Shown in pieces: positions 11,491 to 26,195 of a stretch of 64,000 nt of DNA. How positions within the stretch are numbered: position 1 is the first letter of the stretch; each line of letters starts with the position of its first letter. The stretch lies in NCBI RefSeq assembly GCF_009914755.1, contig NC_060928.1. One strand, given 5' to 3'. The position numbers and the translations under genes are program-made. This DNA comes from the human T2T-CHM13v2.0 reference genome, Homo sapiens. The notes under the pieces were generated by a model. It searched no databases. It saw only the letters and a program-made list of their open reading frames with translations, and was not told the origin of the DNA.

Positions 11491-14059
11491 ACCTGAGTTC
11501 TGTTTTCGATCTGGTGAAGGATAAAATGTGTGATTTGTTACCACTTGGTAATAAAAAGAAAAAAGTCTAGGAGGTAGACAAGGGTCAGTCGATTCTTCAA
11601 ATGTATGATCTTGTAATGATCTGGTTTTATTTCAACAAGGTGTTTTAAGTACTTTCACACTTAAAACAAAATACAAGTTATTATGTTGAGTATCTTAATG
11701 CTATCTCCATAATGGTCTCAAGCATCTGTAGAAAAATGGCACGTGTAATAGCACAGCTGAAACAGAGTCTCAAAATATACAATTGCAAATTTAAAAACAT
11801 ATTTTACTTGGTGTAATAAATCTTATACCCAGTGTAATGAAATTATAATATTGGTAATCAACAGTCTTGGGTTAAATAAGTAGTAGTTCTGTTAGGGACC
11901 ACCTCTGGGACCTCGAGAAAATAACTTAAGCTTTAATCTTACGTTCCCTTCTCTCATCTATGTATATTTAACATCTCTGTTGATCCTTATAATCTATTTA
12001 AAATGTGAAATCTGCTGAATTCGTTTTTCAAAAACAGAATTTAACACCAATTATGTAAAACCATAAATGATTTTTCTTAAGTTAGCAAATCATTTGAATC
12101 ATACATCCCACTATTATAATAAACTTAAATTTAAGAAAAAACTTACATTTAAGAAAATGAGACACTGAATTCCTAAACATAGTTTTTTAATATTTTCCCT
12201 AGGATTCAAATGGTTATATAAATTATTTCCATGCTCTCTGTTTTAGACATAAAAGAGACATATTCTGCCTTTAGCAAAAATAAAAGTGAGACTTCTGCTG
12301 TAGAATGACAATTATTGCCAGTAACAGTTGAAGATTTGTCATATAGTTTAAACAGCAAATTCAACTTTTTTGCTGTGGGCATAAATAAGAAAGATAACCA
12401 CATACTGTTAAAAAGCAGTATTTTTTGTGTGTGTTCAAGCTGAAGAAAAGTTTATTGTTTATTGTAAAGCAGATGAAAAAGAGAATTAAAATTTAAAATT
12501 GTATTACAGAAAAAAATCCATGATTTACAAAATAAATCACCACTGTAATTACAATTTATTTATATTGAGTATGGTGCAAATTTCAGTGCAAATATTTTCA
12601 CAGTTGCTTTGGAATCTGTTACAATAAAATATAGTACATTCTCTCATTGGATTATAACATTTCCAACCAATTTACTAAGAAGAAGCTGGGTAGTTTTCTG
12701 TGTGTTTCATTTTAAGAGAGGTAAACAAATGATTAGTGAAGATTCTAATCTTCAGAAGAAAACATAATTATAGATAACATATTTTTGACGCTGTGTTGTA
12801 TTTTTTTACTTAATGTCATAAAATCGATTTCATAGGTTCCATTTTTATCTCCTCATATCACAGAAACTGAGGCACTGAGATATCAAACAACATAAATAGA
12901 AAGTGTCAAGTTAGGATTTAAACTACAGTTTGATTTCACTCCATACACACTTAGCATCTTACTATATTTCTTAGGTGTTGTATAAAAATTTAAAAATTAG
13001 TGTTATTAGGAGTGTGAAGATTTCCAGATAGCAACATTAACTCCAAATAATGCTAATAGTATATGATTTTTCTCATGTTTTACATTAATAACTTATATAT
13101 ATTTACCAATTACACTTAATAGCTTAACATAACTGATAATTCTTTATATTCTAAAATTGTGAAATGGAAAGAGAAAAAATAAGGAATCATAAATTCAAAT
13201 CTGCTTTTACTATTGAAATATTTAAATTTATTTGTTTACAAATGTATTGATTATTGTGCTATTCACTAGCGATATAACAGGTATGAAGACAAAAAGGATT
13301 TTCTCTCCCTGGAAGTTAAATTCTAACGGCAAATTTTTAAAAAGTATCAAAAAAGAATAAAGGATATCATAGATTGCAATAAATTATTTGCAGAGATGGT
13401 TAAAGGATTATTTGACAGAATACACATGGAGAGAATGCTAGTTTCAACATGGTAATTTAAACTTGGCATGCAAGCAGAGGAGACTCCTAAGGTAAATGCT
13501 GCAAGAAGTAAAGGGAGGCTCATGCCAGTTAGAAGAAGTAAGTGAAAGGAGCCGACATTTGAAACCATAGTTTGGTATAGTCAAGAGGCTGGGAGACAAA
13601 ATACCTGTAGCGTAGTGGGATATGGTGACAATGATTCAAGGTGAAATTGCAGAGGTAGCCAGAATAAGACACAAATATGTTTGAGAGCCCACTATTTCTT
13701 TGGTGGAAATGTCTGCTTCTTTTTACACAATGATGGCTTCTTGTCAGATCCCTGCGTTTGGACCCAGCCTTCCATTTACAATTGACTGGTTCATCTTGGA
13801 CATTCACATTTACCTTTCTAGAAATGTAGAATTAATAATATGGAACACAATGTCTGGGAATTGTGGAGAGCTGAGGCATTAACAGCTGATGTCTTAACAG
13901 CATCCAATCCATGAGCTTCTTCAAATGAGAACCCTGAAACACGTAAAAGAATAATTTGGGACTTTTAAGTATTAAAGAGAAGACAGAATAAATACGGTGA
14001 TAAATTATACCTTTCCCGATGCCCTTTAAGCTGAAAATGTCAAGACAGTCCTTACACGT

Positions 14060-14094
<35 letters not shown>
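14060..14094. repeat. (CA)n(TA)n microsatellite next to Alu tail
   Basis: Direct inspection. Confidence 0.95.
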
Positions 14095-14095
<1 letters not shown>

Positions 14096-14395
14096 TTTTT
14101 TTCTTTTTTTGAGGAGTCTCACTCTATTGCCCAGGCTGGAGTGCACTGCCACAATTTTGGCTCACTGCAACCTCCGCCTCCTGGGTTCAAGCGGTCCTTC
14201 TGCCTCAGTCTCCCGAGTAGGTGGGATTAAAGGCATGCACCGCCATGCCCAGCTAATTTTTGTATTTTTAGTAGAGATGGGGTTTCATCATGTTGGCAGG
14301 CTCCTCTCTGGCCTTGAACTCCTGGCTTCAGGTGATCCACCTGTCTTGACCTCCCAAAGTGCTGGGATTACAGGTGCCAGCCACCACACCCGGCC
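14095..14395 (-). mobile_element. AluS (Sx-like)
   Basis: Full dimer antisense: T tail, GGCTGGAGTGCA...TCAGGTGATCCACC...CCCAAAGTGCTGGGATTACAGG...CCCGGCC. Confidence 0.95.
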
Positions 14396-15630
14396 CCTCA
14401 TTTATATATTTTAATGAGACCATAATAATCCATATTGTATATTTTCATTCTTAAAATCTTTGTCTTATACCTTCCCAACAAGTGACAAGAATGTTTTCTG
14501 GATATGATAGATGTATAAAAATGAATGAGAATTACCTTTATCCTTCTTACAATTTAACTACTTCACTTTTTACAGTGCCTGTTATTTGGGTATTTTATTT
14601 AGCTATTTTGCCATACAAATCTTTATCACCATGTTTCATCCATCATTACCATATACTCATCTCATTTTACTTTATTCTTGTATTTGGCACATTACATTTT
14701 TAAAACTTATTTACTAAGCCCATTTCACTTACCTCCTAGGAAGGAAAGAATATATATTTTCTACCTCAAACTGACAATTTTGTAAAGAACATTTTGGTCT
14801 TGAATATCTAGAGGCAAAGTCAAGTAGGTCTGGAGTTACAGTAGTTGGCCAACATGCACACCACCATGTTTTATACGTGTTTTGAGAAAGAATTCCAGTA
14901 AGAGTAGTTAAAAACACTTGACAGGATAAATCACTTGTCTTCAGATTTGTATGCCAGGATATACGTAATAATGTGTTCATGACTTAAATCTTAAAATCAG
15001 CAAAAAGAACAGTTCTGGATAAAGATGACTGATTTTATGTTTGGCATCCTAATTATTGTCTCCTTGCCTAGGCATTCAAATTTAACTAAAATATGCTCTT
15101 ACAAAAAGATAACTGGAGCACTGTGTGTGAAATTATTTATACTAATTTTATAATAAGAATTTTCAGTACAATAAATGGGCAGAGACTTGATATGTGCAGA
15201 AAAACTACCATTAAAGTTAATGATGCCTCATAAAATAATAACTACTTTTTCAAATATAAGCAGATTACTATACATATATATAGTCATTTAAAGCTCTCTT
15301 ATGTCAGTATTTTATTATCTCTGAAAATGAAATTAATTTTTTTCTTTTCTAAACAAAGGCAAGTTTTATATCCTTTTATATTATAAGTGCAAAGTATTTG
15401 ACTACATCAGAAGTACAGAAACTATAAGATGCATAGCAGCATTTACAGTTAGAACGTCAGTCAAAATTTTTTTTTCCTGAACCACGTATGTGATAATATA
15501 AAGGTAAATTTTAAAAAATTATTTTCTCCTCTCAATAAACTCATTATATAGTAGAAATGTACATGTATTTTTATATATATTCAAACTATATATATAGTTT
15601 GAGTTACTTTTTTCAAATTTAAACACTATT

Positions 15631-16449
15631 ATTTTTAATTTCAAACTTTATTTTAGATACAGGGGGCACATGTGCAGATTTTTTACAGGAGAGTATTTCA
15701 AAATGCTGAGGTTTGGAATATGGATCCTGTCACTTTGGTAGAGAGCATAGTATCCAATAGGTAGTTTTTAAATTCACACCTCCTCCCTTCATTCTCTAGT
15801 ATTCCACAGTATCTATTGTTCCCATCTTTACGTGCATATGTGTTCAATGTTTAGCTACCACTTGCAAATGAGAACATGCAGTATTTTGTTTTCTGTTTCT
15901 GTGTTAATTCACTTAGGATATGACCTTCAACTGCATTCACATTGCTGCAAAGAACCTTATTGTATTCTTTTTACATGATTGTATTCTTTTTCTGTGGCTG
16001 TGTAATATTCAATGGTGAACATGTACCACGTTTTCTTTATCCAGTCTACCATTGGTGGGCACCTGGGTTAATTCCATGTCTTTGCTTTTGTGAATTGTGC
16101 AGTGATGAGCATGAAAGTGCATGTATCTTTTTTGTAGAATGATTTATTTTGAGTATATACCCAATAATGAGATTGCTAGGCCAAACAGTAGCTCTGTTTT
16201 AAGTTCTTTAAGAAATCTCTAGACTGCTTTCCGCAGTGGCTGGACTAATTTGCATTCCCACCTACGGTGTATAAGCATTCCCTTTTCTCCACAGCCTCAC
16301 CAGCATGTTGTTTTTTGACTTTTTAATAAATAGCCATCTGACTGGTGTGAGATGGTATCTCATTGTAGTTTTGATTTGCATTTCTCTGATGATTAGTGAT
16401 GCTGAGCATTTTTTTCTTATATTTAGTGGCCACCTGTATGTCTTCTTAG
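15631..16449 (-). mobile_element. 5'-truncated L1PA15/16
   Basis: 3'UTR TTTTAGATACAGGGGGCACATGTGCAG, ORF2 end (IREMQIKTTMRYHLTPVR); exact TSD AAACACTATT (15621-15630, 16450-16459). Confidence 0.92.
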
Positions 16450-18219
16450 AAACACTATTTTTTAAAAAGAAATAAATATGTATGCATGCACATGCACATA
16501 TTATAGGCAAAAATTGGTTGTCATTTTTTTCTAGTAGAATAATTTATATATATTTCCTTATAGAAAACATTACAAAAATGACAATTCTCTCTGAACTGAA
16601 AGTACAGATTAATATTAACCACAGTTAGCATATTTTGTAGAATATTCTAGACTTGTAGCATAATGAATGCATGCACGATCTAAGATTATGTTGTGTTCCT
16701 TAATTAAGGCACCCACAATGAAATATTTGAATCTACTCTGGAATCCTTGTTATTTTCAAAAGTTAAGAAAACACAATAAAGAATAAATAATGTCATATCT
16801 TAATGATTTAGGAAAAAAAAGTTAGTGTTTTTTAAAAATGTGAATGTCTTATATCACAAGCCCAATGATTTCTTTGAACGTATGACATTATAATCACTCA
16901 GGTACCCAGGCTAATGTAGGAATCACTTCTCCATGTTATTTACGGATGACTGAGTCAGCGAGTAGGAAACATGACCAACTATTATCTGGCTATTAGACAT
17001 CCTACCTGGAAATGGCATATACAGATACTGTTCAAAGCCAGTCAACTAGTCATACTTGATTTGAAGGAAGTACAGAAGTGCAATCACTCATCTGCTCAGA
17101 AGCATACCATAAAATTCTTGGCAAAAACACCGATGTATGTAATATACGCACAAGAGATATAAGTATAGAAAAAAAGGAAGTAAACTGATAATTATTTTCC
17201 AATAAAATAATTTAATTTCATAAGTATAAAGCACAAGCAAATAAAAACCACTAGAAAATTGAGGAATGTGCCGAATTTAACATAAATAAAATTACAAAAG
17301 TTTATTTTGAGACATAAGAAGGAATTTGAATATATGAGGGAACTGTGTTGTTGACACAAAATTTACAGTTTTGTAAAGATTTTGTCTCATAAATTTATCT
17401 ACATATTTATTGTAATCACAATACAAAATTCTATTAAAGTATTTTTTATAAATTAAGAAAATGGTTTCAAAAGATGTAATGGGTCTAGCCAGAAAAGTTT
17501 AGCTGGAAAAAAATTAAATAAAATTGGTTTGTGTGGTATGCAAAATATGTGACTGGGTATCTTCCATTCTGAGTGAACACAAGTACTAAACCATAAAACT
17601 AGAACAGGCTTTTGAATACCCCTTATTATGCCAGGGCTTAATTCTCTAATTATTGGATCACAAGAAAGTCCAAAAGTTCTGACTGAGAAAGAGTGAACAC
17701 TCTAGGGATTGGGGCAGTGGGTATTTACTAACCAGTATAGACGCGTTCAGATGCAATATTTTAAAAAGTGAAACAGATGTACAAGGTAATAGCTCTCTAT
17801 TATCCCTGAGTGTGTCGTTGGGGCCAGATTAAAGTCTTGAAGGAAAAATTTAATTTAAATATATATAAATCTATAATATTATTTTAAGAATTGCATGATA
17901 ATATAGATTTTTATAATCAACTGGATTATGAAATTAGCAACTTTTTAACAAAACCTTTCATTACAATAATCATTATAATATCACAACCAAATGAATTCCA
18001 AAGAGATCAAAGAATTACCTTGTCCAACAGCCACCCTGTCAGTTAGAAATCTCTCTGTTGTACTCGCAGATTACATTTTTAATCAATCACTTTCTCTTCT
18101 CCTATTCAATCAGCAAATATCCAAGCAACTATTAATTTTCATATGAAGAAAATGTAACTTTTTCCTGCTTACTTTCTGTTGTTTTCACAATCACTTCTCT
18201 ACTAAGCATACAGAGTGAC

Positions 18220-18575
18220 TATTATGAACTAAACTGTGTTCCCCGAAAATCAGTATGTTGAAATTTTAACTCCCAAACAGATGGTGGTTGGAGGTGAGGT
18301 CTTTGGGCAACAATAAGGTTTAAATGAGTTAATGAGAGTGAGAATTAGTACCCTTCTTAAAAACAGATCAAACAACTTGCTCTCTCTATCCACCTATGAG
18401 AACACAGCAAGAAAGCACCCATCTGCTAGCTGGGAAGAGAGGCATCAATAGGAACTCAATCTGCTGGCATCATGATCCTGGATTTCCCAACCTCCAGAAC
18501 CAGAGACATAAATGCCTGTTGTGTATGTCATTCAGTCTATGGTATTTTGTCATAGAAGCTCCAACTGATTAAAAC
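18220..18575 (+). mobile_element. MLT1A-like MaLR solo LTR within L2 remnant
   Basis: AACTGTGTTCCCCGAAAATCAGTATGTTGAA...CCTCCAGAAC...TATGGTATTTTGTCATAG. Confidence 0.8.
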
Positions 18576-19005
18576 AAGGACCATTTTTAAAACAAATTCA
18601 ATAATAATATTTCCTTACAAAGTCTCCAGGGGATTTTTTTTTCACTTAAAAGGAAACCTAAACTGCATGCCATGGCTTATAAGAATCTGTGTGGTCTGAT
18701 CCCTATTGAGCTTTTCTTTCTTATCTCATGATACTTTCTCATAGCAATCTAATCACACTGGCTTCTGAAGTCCTATTTCACATTGAGCTTTTTCCCACCT
18801 CGGAGCTTTTGCATCATTTATACCTCAACCATGAAAAACATTCCACCGCCATCTTGCAAAACAATTTCTTCTCATCTTCTATATCTGCAGCTAAATGTCA
18901 CCCCCTCCAAGAGGCCTTCCTTGAAAACTACATGAAGAAGAAACATAACGCGTGTATATTTCCTTTATAATACTCACCTAAATCTGTACTTCCATTATAT
19001 CTTCA

Positions 19006-19368
19006 TGATATGGTTTGGATTTGTGTCCCTTCTCATGTCATATTGGAGGAGGGGCCTAGTGGGAGGTGATTGGATCAATGGGGGCAGATTTTCTCCTTGC
19101 TGTTCTCATGATAGTGAGTGAGTTCTCACAAGATCTAATAGTTTAAAAGTGTATGGCACTCCCCACTTTGCGTTCTGTCTCTCTCCTGCCACCATGTGAA
19201 TAAGGTGCTTGTGTCACTTTCACCTTCTGCCAAGATTATAAGTTTCCTGAGGCCTCCTAGTCATGCTTCCTATACAGCCCACAGAACTAAGCCAATTAAA
19301 CCTTTTTTCTTTGTAAATTACCCAGTCTTAAGTAGTTCTTCATAGCAGTGTGAGAATGGAGTAATAAA
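19006..19368 (+). mobile_element. MSTA MaLR solo LTR
   Basis: TGATATGGTTTGGATTTGTGTCCC...GTGTGAGAATGGAGTAATA; TSD CTTCA/ATTCA. Confidence 0.88.
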
Positions 19369-21317
19369 ATTCACATATTTTTATACTGTTTGGCTGTGTC
19401 CCAAACTGGAATATTACCTATTGAATATTGGTTGGTAACAATATAATTCAAGGTAAGTTAGCAAGACAGAATCACACTGGTCAAAGATTACTTCCAGAAT
19501 AAAATGTGACCTTTTATGTGGCTTGTACATTTTATGTTTATAATTAATCTAATTGTGAATAAAAATAATATAAAACATAGCTGTAATGGTATTTATCAAT
19601 AATGTATGTAGGCACAAAAAGTGTTATTAGAAAATGAAATATTTGTAATTTCATGTTACTGAGTTGTGCAGACTTTTTAAAGTGTCTTTATTTTCCAATA
19701 TTTCTACAGAATTTGAAATTTCTATTATCATATTTTTAACTTTCATTTTTGGGCAAGTAAGTATTTAATACAGTATTCTTTTATCACGTGTACTTAAGAG
19801 GCTAAGAATATTAACAGTAATTTTTAATGTTTTATTATTCTAGCCTTATCTCTCTTTTCTTTAATTTGTACTTATTTTTGTTTTTTTACTTCTGCTTTTG
19901 ATTTTAGATGTTTTCATAAATACTTGGTGACCCTTAGATGTTACTTGTATTCAGTGATAGAAAATTAAGAAACTGCTCCAAAAAGACCATTTTCGATTCC
20001 CCCAACACACAAACACTCCATAAGATTACCTTTATGCATTTTCTCTTGGGTTCAATACATTTAAAGGGAAAACTTCCAGTATCCTACATTAATTTTAAAC
20101 CTCCTAGTTACCAATGTTTTGTCTAGCATATGAAGAAAGTAGGTTGTGGCTTTTACATTTCAAAATTACATACTCAATGTCTGTTCTTTTGTGTGACACC
20201 TGAGTGCCCTATTTTACCTGACATCAGGAGACCTTCCCTTTTATCCTTTGCAGGGTATAACCTCCACACTTCTTTCAGGGATTTAGAGAAAATTCATATC
20301 TGTAAAACAGACCCATTGGCCTCTTTAAAAATGCTGTCACATAATCTTTTCATTTTAATTCTTCATAAAATCTCCACAGCCATATCTTCCTTAGTGTTTT
20401 GGAATTTTATGATATAAATTGATTTTCATTTTGTCTTGAATTCAAAACTTTTGGTTCAAATAAGCCAATTCTCATTTATCTTCCTTCCAGATCCCATTAT
20501 ATACTGCCATTTTTTCCTCATCTTTGTTTTTGTCCTTGTGGGCAATACTTTTAAAAATCTCATTATGGTCATTTTAGTGATTTGCAGACATTGTGGATAT
20601 AAATTGATGTGTTTAAGACACTTGTTTTAATCAGAGGATTTGCTTTTCTTAGGGACATTTTTATTTTCATGATAGAGTGGTAAAATAATTCAACTTTGAG
20701 GAAAATGTGTATAACACGTTACAAGTATTAGTACAGCTATTATCTATATCCATATAAAAGGTACATATAAAAATGATTCTCAAACATGTTATAAAGTCAT
20801 CAAGGTATAAGACATCTGCTAATGGAAGGTTAAATGTAACATTTTCTTCCTTGCTACACCTTTGCTGGCATATTTTTATCACAATGTGTAATTTCTAGTA
20901 GTATTCCACCAGCAAAGATTAAGAAATAAGGACAATTTACTAAAATAGAAATTAATAAAGATGATTTGGTTTTTAACAATAGTATAGTAAAACATTTATT
21001 TTAAATGCCTTCTTGTACTTTCATCATTATTCTTCTGAGGCAATCATTACAAAGAGTGAAAGGAAGTGCTGGCAGACACATTTTCTTAATAAATAATTGC
21101 CTAGTTTTATGCTCACCATTACTGGACTTAGGCACTATATCCTGAGCTCTACAAGAGAGAATTAATGTATTATTAATAGAGCTTTATACAAACGTATTCA
21201 TGACATCAGTTTGTCCTCTTTAACTATACCTCTGGGCATCCTGTGAATCATTTATGAGGAGGCCATGTGTCTCACAATTGAGAAGGTTGTAAATTTACCA
21301 AGCCAACCATGAGGAAG

Positions 21318-21318
21318 A

Positions 21319-21351
<33 letters not shown>

Positions 21352-21357
21352 ACACAC
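21318..21357. repeat. (CA)n microsatellite
   Basis: Direct inspection. Confidence 0.95.
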
Positions 21358-24094
21358 GTGACTTTTCATGAGAAGCAGTATGCCATTTGGTGGAATATGA
21401 ATATTGAAACATCTAGCTACATTAATTAAAAAATGCTTTTTCACATGAATAGATTTTAATCTGAGAGCTGGGAAATAATTATATTAAAATTGTATATGAT
21501 GGATTATAGATTATATAAATGAGAAAATATAAATGACTAATAAACTAAAACTCAAAAAGTAAACAAATTATCAGGCCACACTATCATATGCCATGTATAT
21601 CATGAAAAAAAATCCAAAAGTATTAAGATAAGTAGGTGAACTCTTCTTATCAAATTATAAAACAACACAAAAATACATCATTGAGTACTATACTATCATA
21701 CAACATGAAATATGTTACACCTTCCATAGAAATGCATCCTGTGTGGTGACAGTCACCGGTTAATTGTCATAAAAATTGTCTAAATACTGAGATGATAGCA
21801 GTAGTAGATACCCATTTCATCTATTTAAAAGGCAAATAGGTTTGAAATGCAGGGGAATAATTTGTTGTTTAGATTATGACTAAATATACATGTCATATTG
21901 TGAATATCCTATCTCTGACCATCTCTTTTTTTAAATGTGATTTATTATTTCCAATAGAAACAAATTTTGCTTATGGATATTTGCTGTTTTCAGAGACTAA
22001 TCATAATATAAACTTTTTGCAGAAAAATATTTTAATACAGACATCATAATAAAATGTTTCATAAAAATAAGAGAACATTGAACAAATAAAAAGATGATAA
22101 TTCTAAAAATGAGCAAATAATGGAATATCTTTTCATTGGTTCAATGCAAAGAACACTTTTATTTCTAAATATTTTAGACTACCACCTCATATCATTCTTG
22201 CTGTCAGTATTCATTGAATGAGAATGTACTTAATTTGGTGACAAAAATATAAATTTACTTGGGAACAAATATTAATATCAGCCACCTCTACATATTTGAA
22301 GAATAGCAAAATACAAATCTTTAAGATTTTCTAGAACATAGGCAAAATTTTTCAAATACACATATTAAAATACATGACATTAATTCTGTGGTAACCCTGG
22401 GTGTCCATTGCCCACAAAAGATGTTTCTTTCTTAGCCAAAAAAATTTCAAACTGTATAAAAATGCTCGCTTGCCACTGAAGTTTACATGGATATTAAAAT
22501 ATGTAGTCAAAAAATAGTACTAGATAATTTAATGAGGTCTGTAATGTTTTTATATTTATCACAAAATATGATTCTCTAAGCAGAAAAAATTATAGCAAGT
22601 TAAAAATCATATACTTTATAGTAATACATAGCAAAAATATAAGGCCATTTTTAGGAGGAGTTTATTTTACAACAACTTTAAAAAGATGTTTGATTTGTAA
22701 ATAGCACTTCTGTTCAAGTCAGTTTTAAAACTGACATACCTAAATTTTTAAAAGTACTCATTTGAATTCCATTTGCAAAATTGATAAAAATATCTGAACA
22801 GATCTATGCTCTATAAATGATATTTAAGTATAAGTAATTTAACTGCAATTCCTTAAGTTCTTAGACCATCTGAATCACCTATGAAAAGAAGCTATCATTT
22901 TGTTGTCAAAATGAGTGATTATGACTTTTTATTGTCAAGAGAAAATGATTACAATTGTTTTAAACATGACTCTTATATTTTATAATTACACACACGCATT
23001 ACATTTTTACAATTTTGTCTGCTAGAGGAGTCAGGATTCTGGTTATTATGAATAAAAGAATAAAAGAGTTGGGAATTTTAGCATTTAAAAATTTTATTAC
23101 TCTAAAAATATAAATGTATTAATTTTTATAATGAACAGATGTGATCATTTACATATATTATTTCATTAAACCTCAGTAAAGAGGTCATTTTGATGGCATT
23201 TTATAGTGTACTTAACAATGACAAAATAATAATGATTTTAAAATCAACAGATATGTATTTATTCAATAAACCTGCCAATCTCTTCAGTTGTCGTACAGTT
23301 ACTTACATATCTCTTTTCAATCCCTGTCACTTTGCAGAGTAAAAATTTTCCTGGTCTTTCCCAAGCAGATATTCAACATTAGTTAGAAAAATAATTTCTT
23401 ATGTCTACATAAGATGGATAGAAAATATTCCAAACACATTAAACAGTCTAGAAATCATGATAGTAATTTCTTAAACAGTGTTTGATGTCCAAAGCTCAGC
23501 ACTCTGCTTAGATCAATAGATGCGTACTGCCATCATGAACACATGAATTAATCAGTCAATTACTTAAAAGTTCTCAAAATTAGAATAATTTTCAGATTTT
23601 TATTTGAGAATAAAATAAAACTTCTATTGCCTCTTGTAGCTTTACAAACGTAAAGCAGAATTCAACTGAATAATAATTAAATATTTTAAATGCGAATTTC
23701 AGTTTATGTTACATTTTCAGTGGTTAACAGGAAAAATTAATTTTAAGCCAATTCAGAATACAAATATTTTCACAGAAATCAAGTCAAACTTTAAAACTAC
23801 AGACTTTTCCACAATTCATAGTGAAAATTGAAGTGGGTTGTGGTGTTTTTTAATGGGACTATAGTCTTGTAAAAAGGAACAAAAGACTGATAGATTATCC
23901 TCCACCTATTTTACTTTTATTAAAATATAAAAAGTAAAGAGGCTGTTAAAATAGCCACAAGTTGTATACATCACCCAAAATTGATATGTATAAATACTTT
24001 TTCTGGTTCTATTTCCCAAAAGACATTTCAGAAAAAAAAATGTGTGTTGTTCCAGTGTATATTTTTACATATTGAATATATGCATATCCATAAG

Positions 24095-24400
24095 CATTTT
24101 ATCAAAGTTTAACTGACATGTAAAAAGTTATAGTCATTTAAAGTATACAACTTGATAAGTTTGAGAATAAGTATACACACCCGTGAAACCATGACAACAC
24201 ACCATGGGTATAGATATATCCATCACCTCTTAAAGTTTCCTACCGCTTCTTTCTTTCTTTCTTTCTGTCTTTATTATAAGAACAAAACCTAAGATCTACT
24301 CTATTAAAAAATGTCAAGTGTGCAATACGGTACTTTTAGCTATAGGCACTATTACACTGTATAACGGACATCCAGAACTTATTTATCTTGCATAATAAAC
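24095..24400 (-). mobile_element. L1M (MA/MB-type) 3' end fragment
   Basis: TTTAAAGTATACAACTTGAT...CCGTGAAACCATGAC...AAGATCTACTCT...CCAGAACTTATTTATCTTGCATAA. Confidence 0.7.
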
Positions 24401-24898
24401 TTGGTAAGTTTGATGAATAAGTGTTTAATGCACATGAGTTATGTCCTATTATCCTGTCTCTTACCAACTTGCTATTACCATTTCTTATAATATTTTGCAA
24501 AAACATCCAGGTTGATACATGTGCATTGGGGATTTCTTTTTTTTTCTCTAAACTAGTCCATTCTTTGATCATGAGGAATTCTTTCTTTGATCATCGGTTA
24601 TCTCTTTTTTTATATAAATTAATATTCATTATAGTTTGTCCATAATTTTATAGCCATTTTGATACTGATCCATTTGTCTTTTTCTTCTTTGAACATTTAG
24701 TAGGGCTTTTGTTTTATGACAATTATATTTTGAGTATGTTAAAATTGATCAGTTCTTTAAGATACTTGCTTTCTGCTTTTTTTTTAACACATACTTCCAT
24801 TTGTCAAGGTAAAAAGATATTTCCTTAGGTTTTTCTCTAAATACCAAATTATTTAATTTTCATGTTTGCACCATATTGAGCAATTTGATATCTAATTT

Positions 24899-25328
24899 CA
24901 ATACAAGATTTTTGCTTCTGAGATCACCTAAATCCAGGTTATTGTCTCATGATCAGGAAAAATTAGGCACGTGGACACATTGAAGGGTGAGGAGGACAGA
25001 ATTTATTAAGTGAAAGGAAAGCTCTCAACAAAGAGAGGGGTACTGCATGCAGGTTTCCACCTCACAAATTGAATACCAGGGCTACCACCTACAAGTTTAA
25101 GAGGCCAGGATCCTCCCCTGCATAAGGACCAAATTCCTGGTGGCTCCAGCCCATTCTCCTAGAGCATGTGGGCCTCCAGTCCACTGTGGGCATGCCCAGG
25201 CAAGCCTGCTGTGCAGGTTCCCTTACGTGCACAAAATATCTTGTGTAAACACCTGTGGGGCAAGTTGGAAATCCTCCAGGAACACTTCCCTACCTTCCTA
25301 GGCTTTTGGCTGTCTCTTGCCTCTATCA
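24899..25328 (-). mobile_element. ERV1 solo LTR (MER61-like)
   Basis: Minus strand begins TGATAGAGGCAAGAGACAGCCAAAAGCCTAGG; minus-strand AATAAA near 25003. Confidence 0.7.
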
Positions 25329-25879
25329 TTTTGTTCTTTTCATATTTGTTCAATTTATTTTTTTGAAAAAAAATATTAAATAGTATTTTCCTGATTAATG
25401 CTTCTGCTATCAAATTGAAGTCTAATATATGTATATAGTTATCTTTCTGATTCTTTATGTCATCACATTAGTCTATTTTTAGAATCCTATGCAACCGATT
25501 GATTCTAATTAGTATGTTTTATCATATAGTCTTGATATGTAGTAAAAAATTTCCTCCATTGATGTATTCTTTTTTTTTCAGAGTGGCCTTGTCTTTGAAA
25601 GCCATCTAACTTACTGCTATTGGATTGTTTTTTGGTTTGTTTTCCTCAGAGGGAAATCTACTGTCTTTCAATCATGTATTTTCAATTCTTTTAATCATGT
25701 TTTCTGTAATTTTTGGTAGTTTTATTCTTAAATATTTTAGATTTTTGTAGCTCTTTTAAATGGTGTTCCTCTAGATTTTTTATTTTCTAACTAGTTATGA
25801 ATGGTTTTTATGTATCTCTTCCTCCTTTCCTCCTCTTTCTATGCTATCGCTGTTCCTCACTCTCTGGTTCTTGCTCTTG

Positions 25880-26195
25880 CTCTCTGCCTGTCTTTCTCTC
25901 AGCTTATTGCCTCTGGCGTTCAATGCCAGTGGTGATGTCAGCCATTGAGTTGTCTTAGTAAAAATATCTCTCTTTTTCCTTCTGCTGCATCACACTTGAT
26001 TCCTGACAGAGAGTATTCTAAGACCTCATGTGAGTAGATAGAATTCACCCTTACACTCCATGATACTCTCCAGATTTTAAAGTCCTTAACCTTAATCATA
26101 TCTGCATCATGTTTGTCATGTGAGGTAGCATATTCACAGCTTTCAGCCAGTAGGGCATAGACAGCTTTGGGAGCATTTCTATCTATCATACACAG
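25880..26195 (-). mobile_element. MLT1 (D/E-type) LTR fragment
   Basis: TCCTTAACCTTAATCATATCTGCA...TGTGAGGTAGCATATTCACAG. Confidence 0.6.

Noticed and set aside
14019-14414. 131-aa ORF (and the similar 157-aa ORF at 48505-48978)
   Set aside because: Translations of antisense Alu and microsatellite sequence
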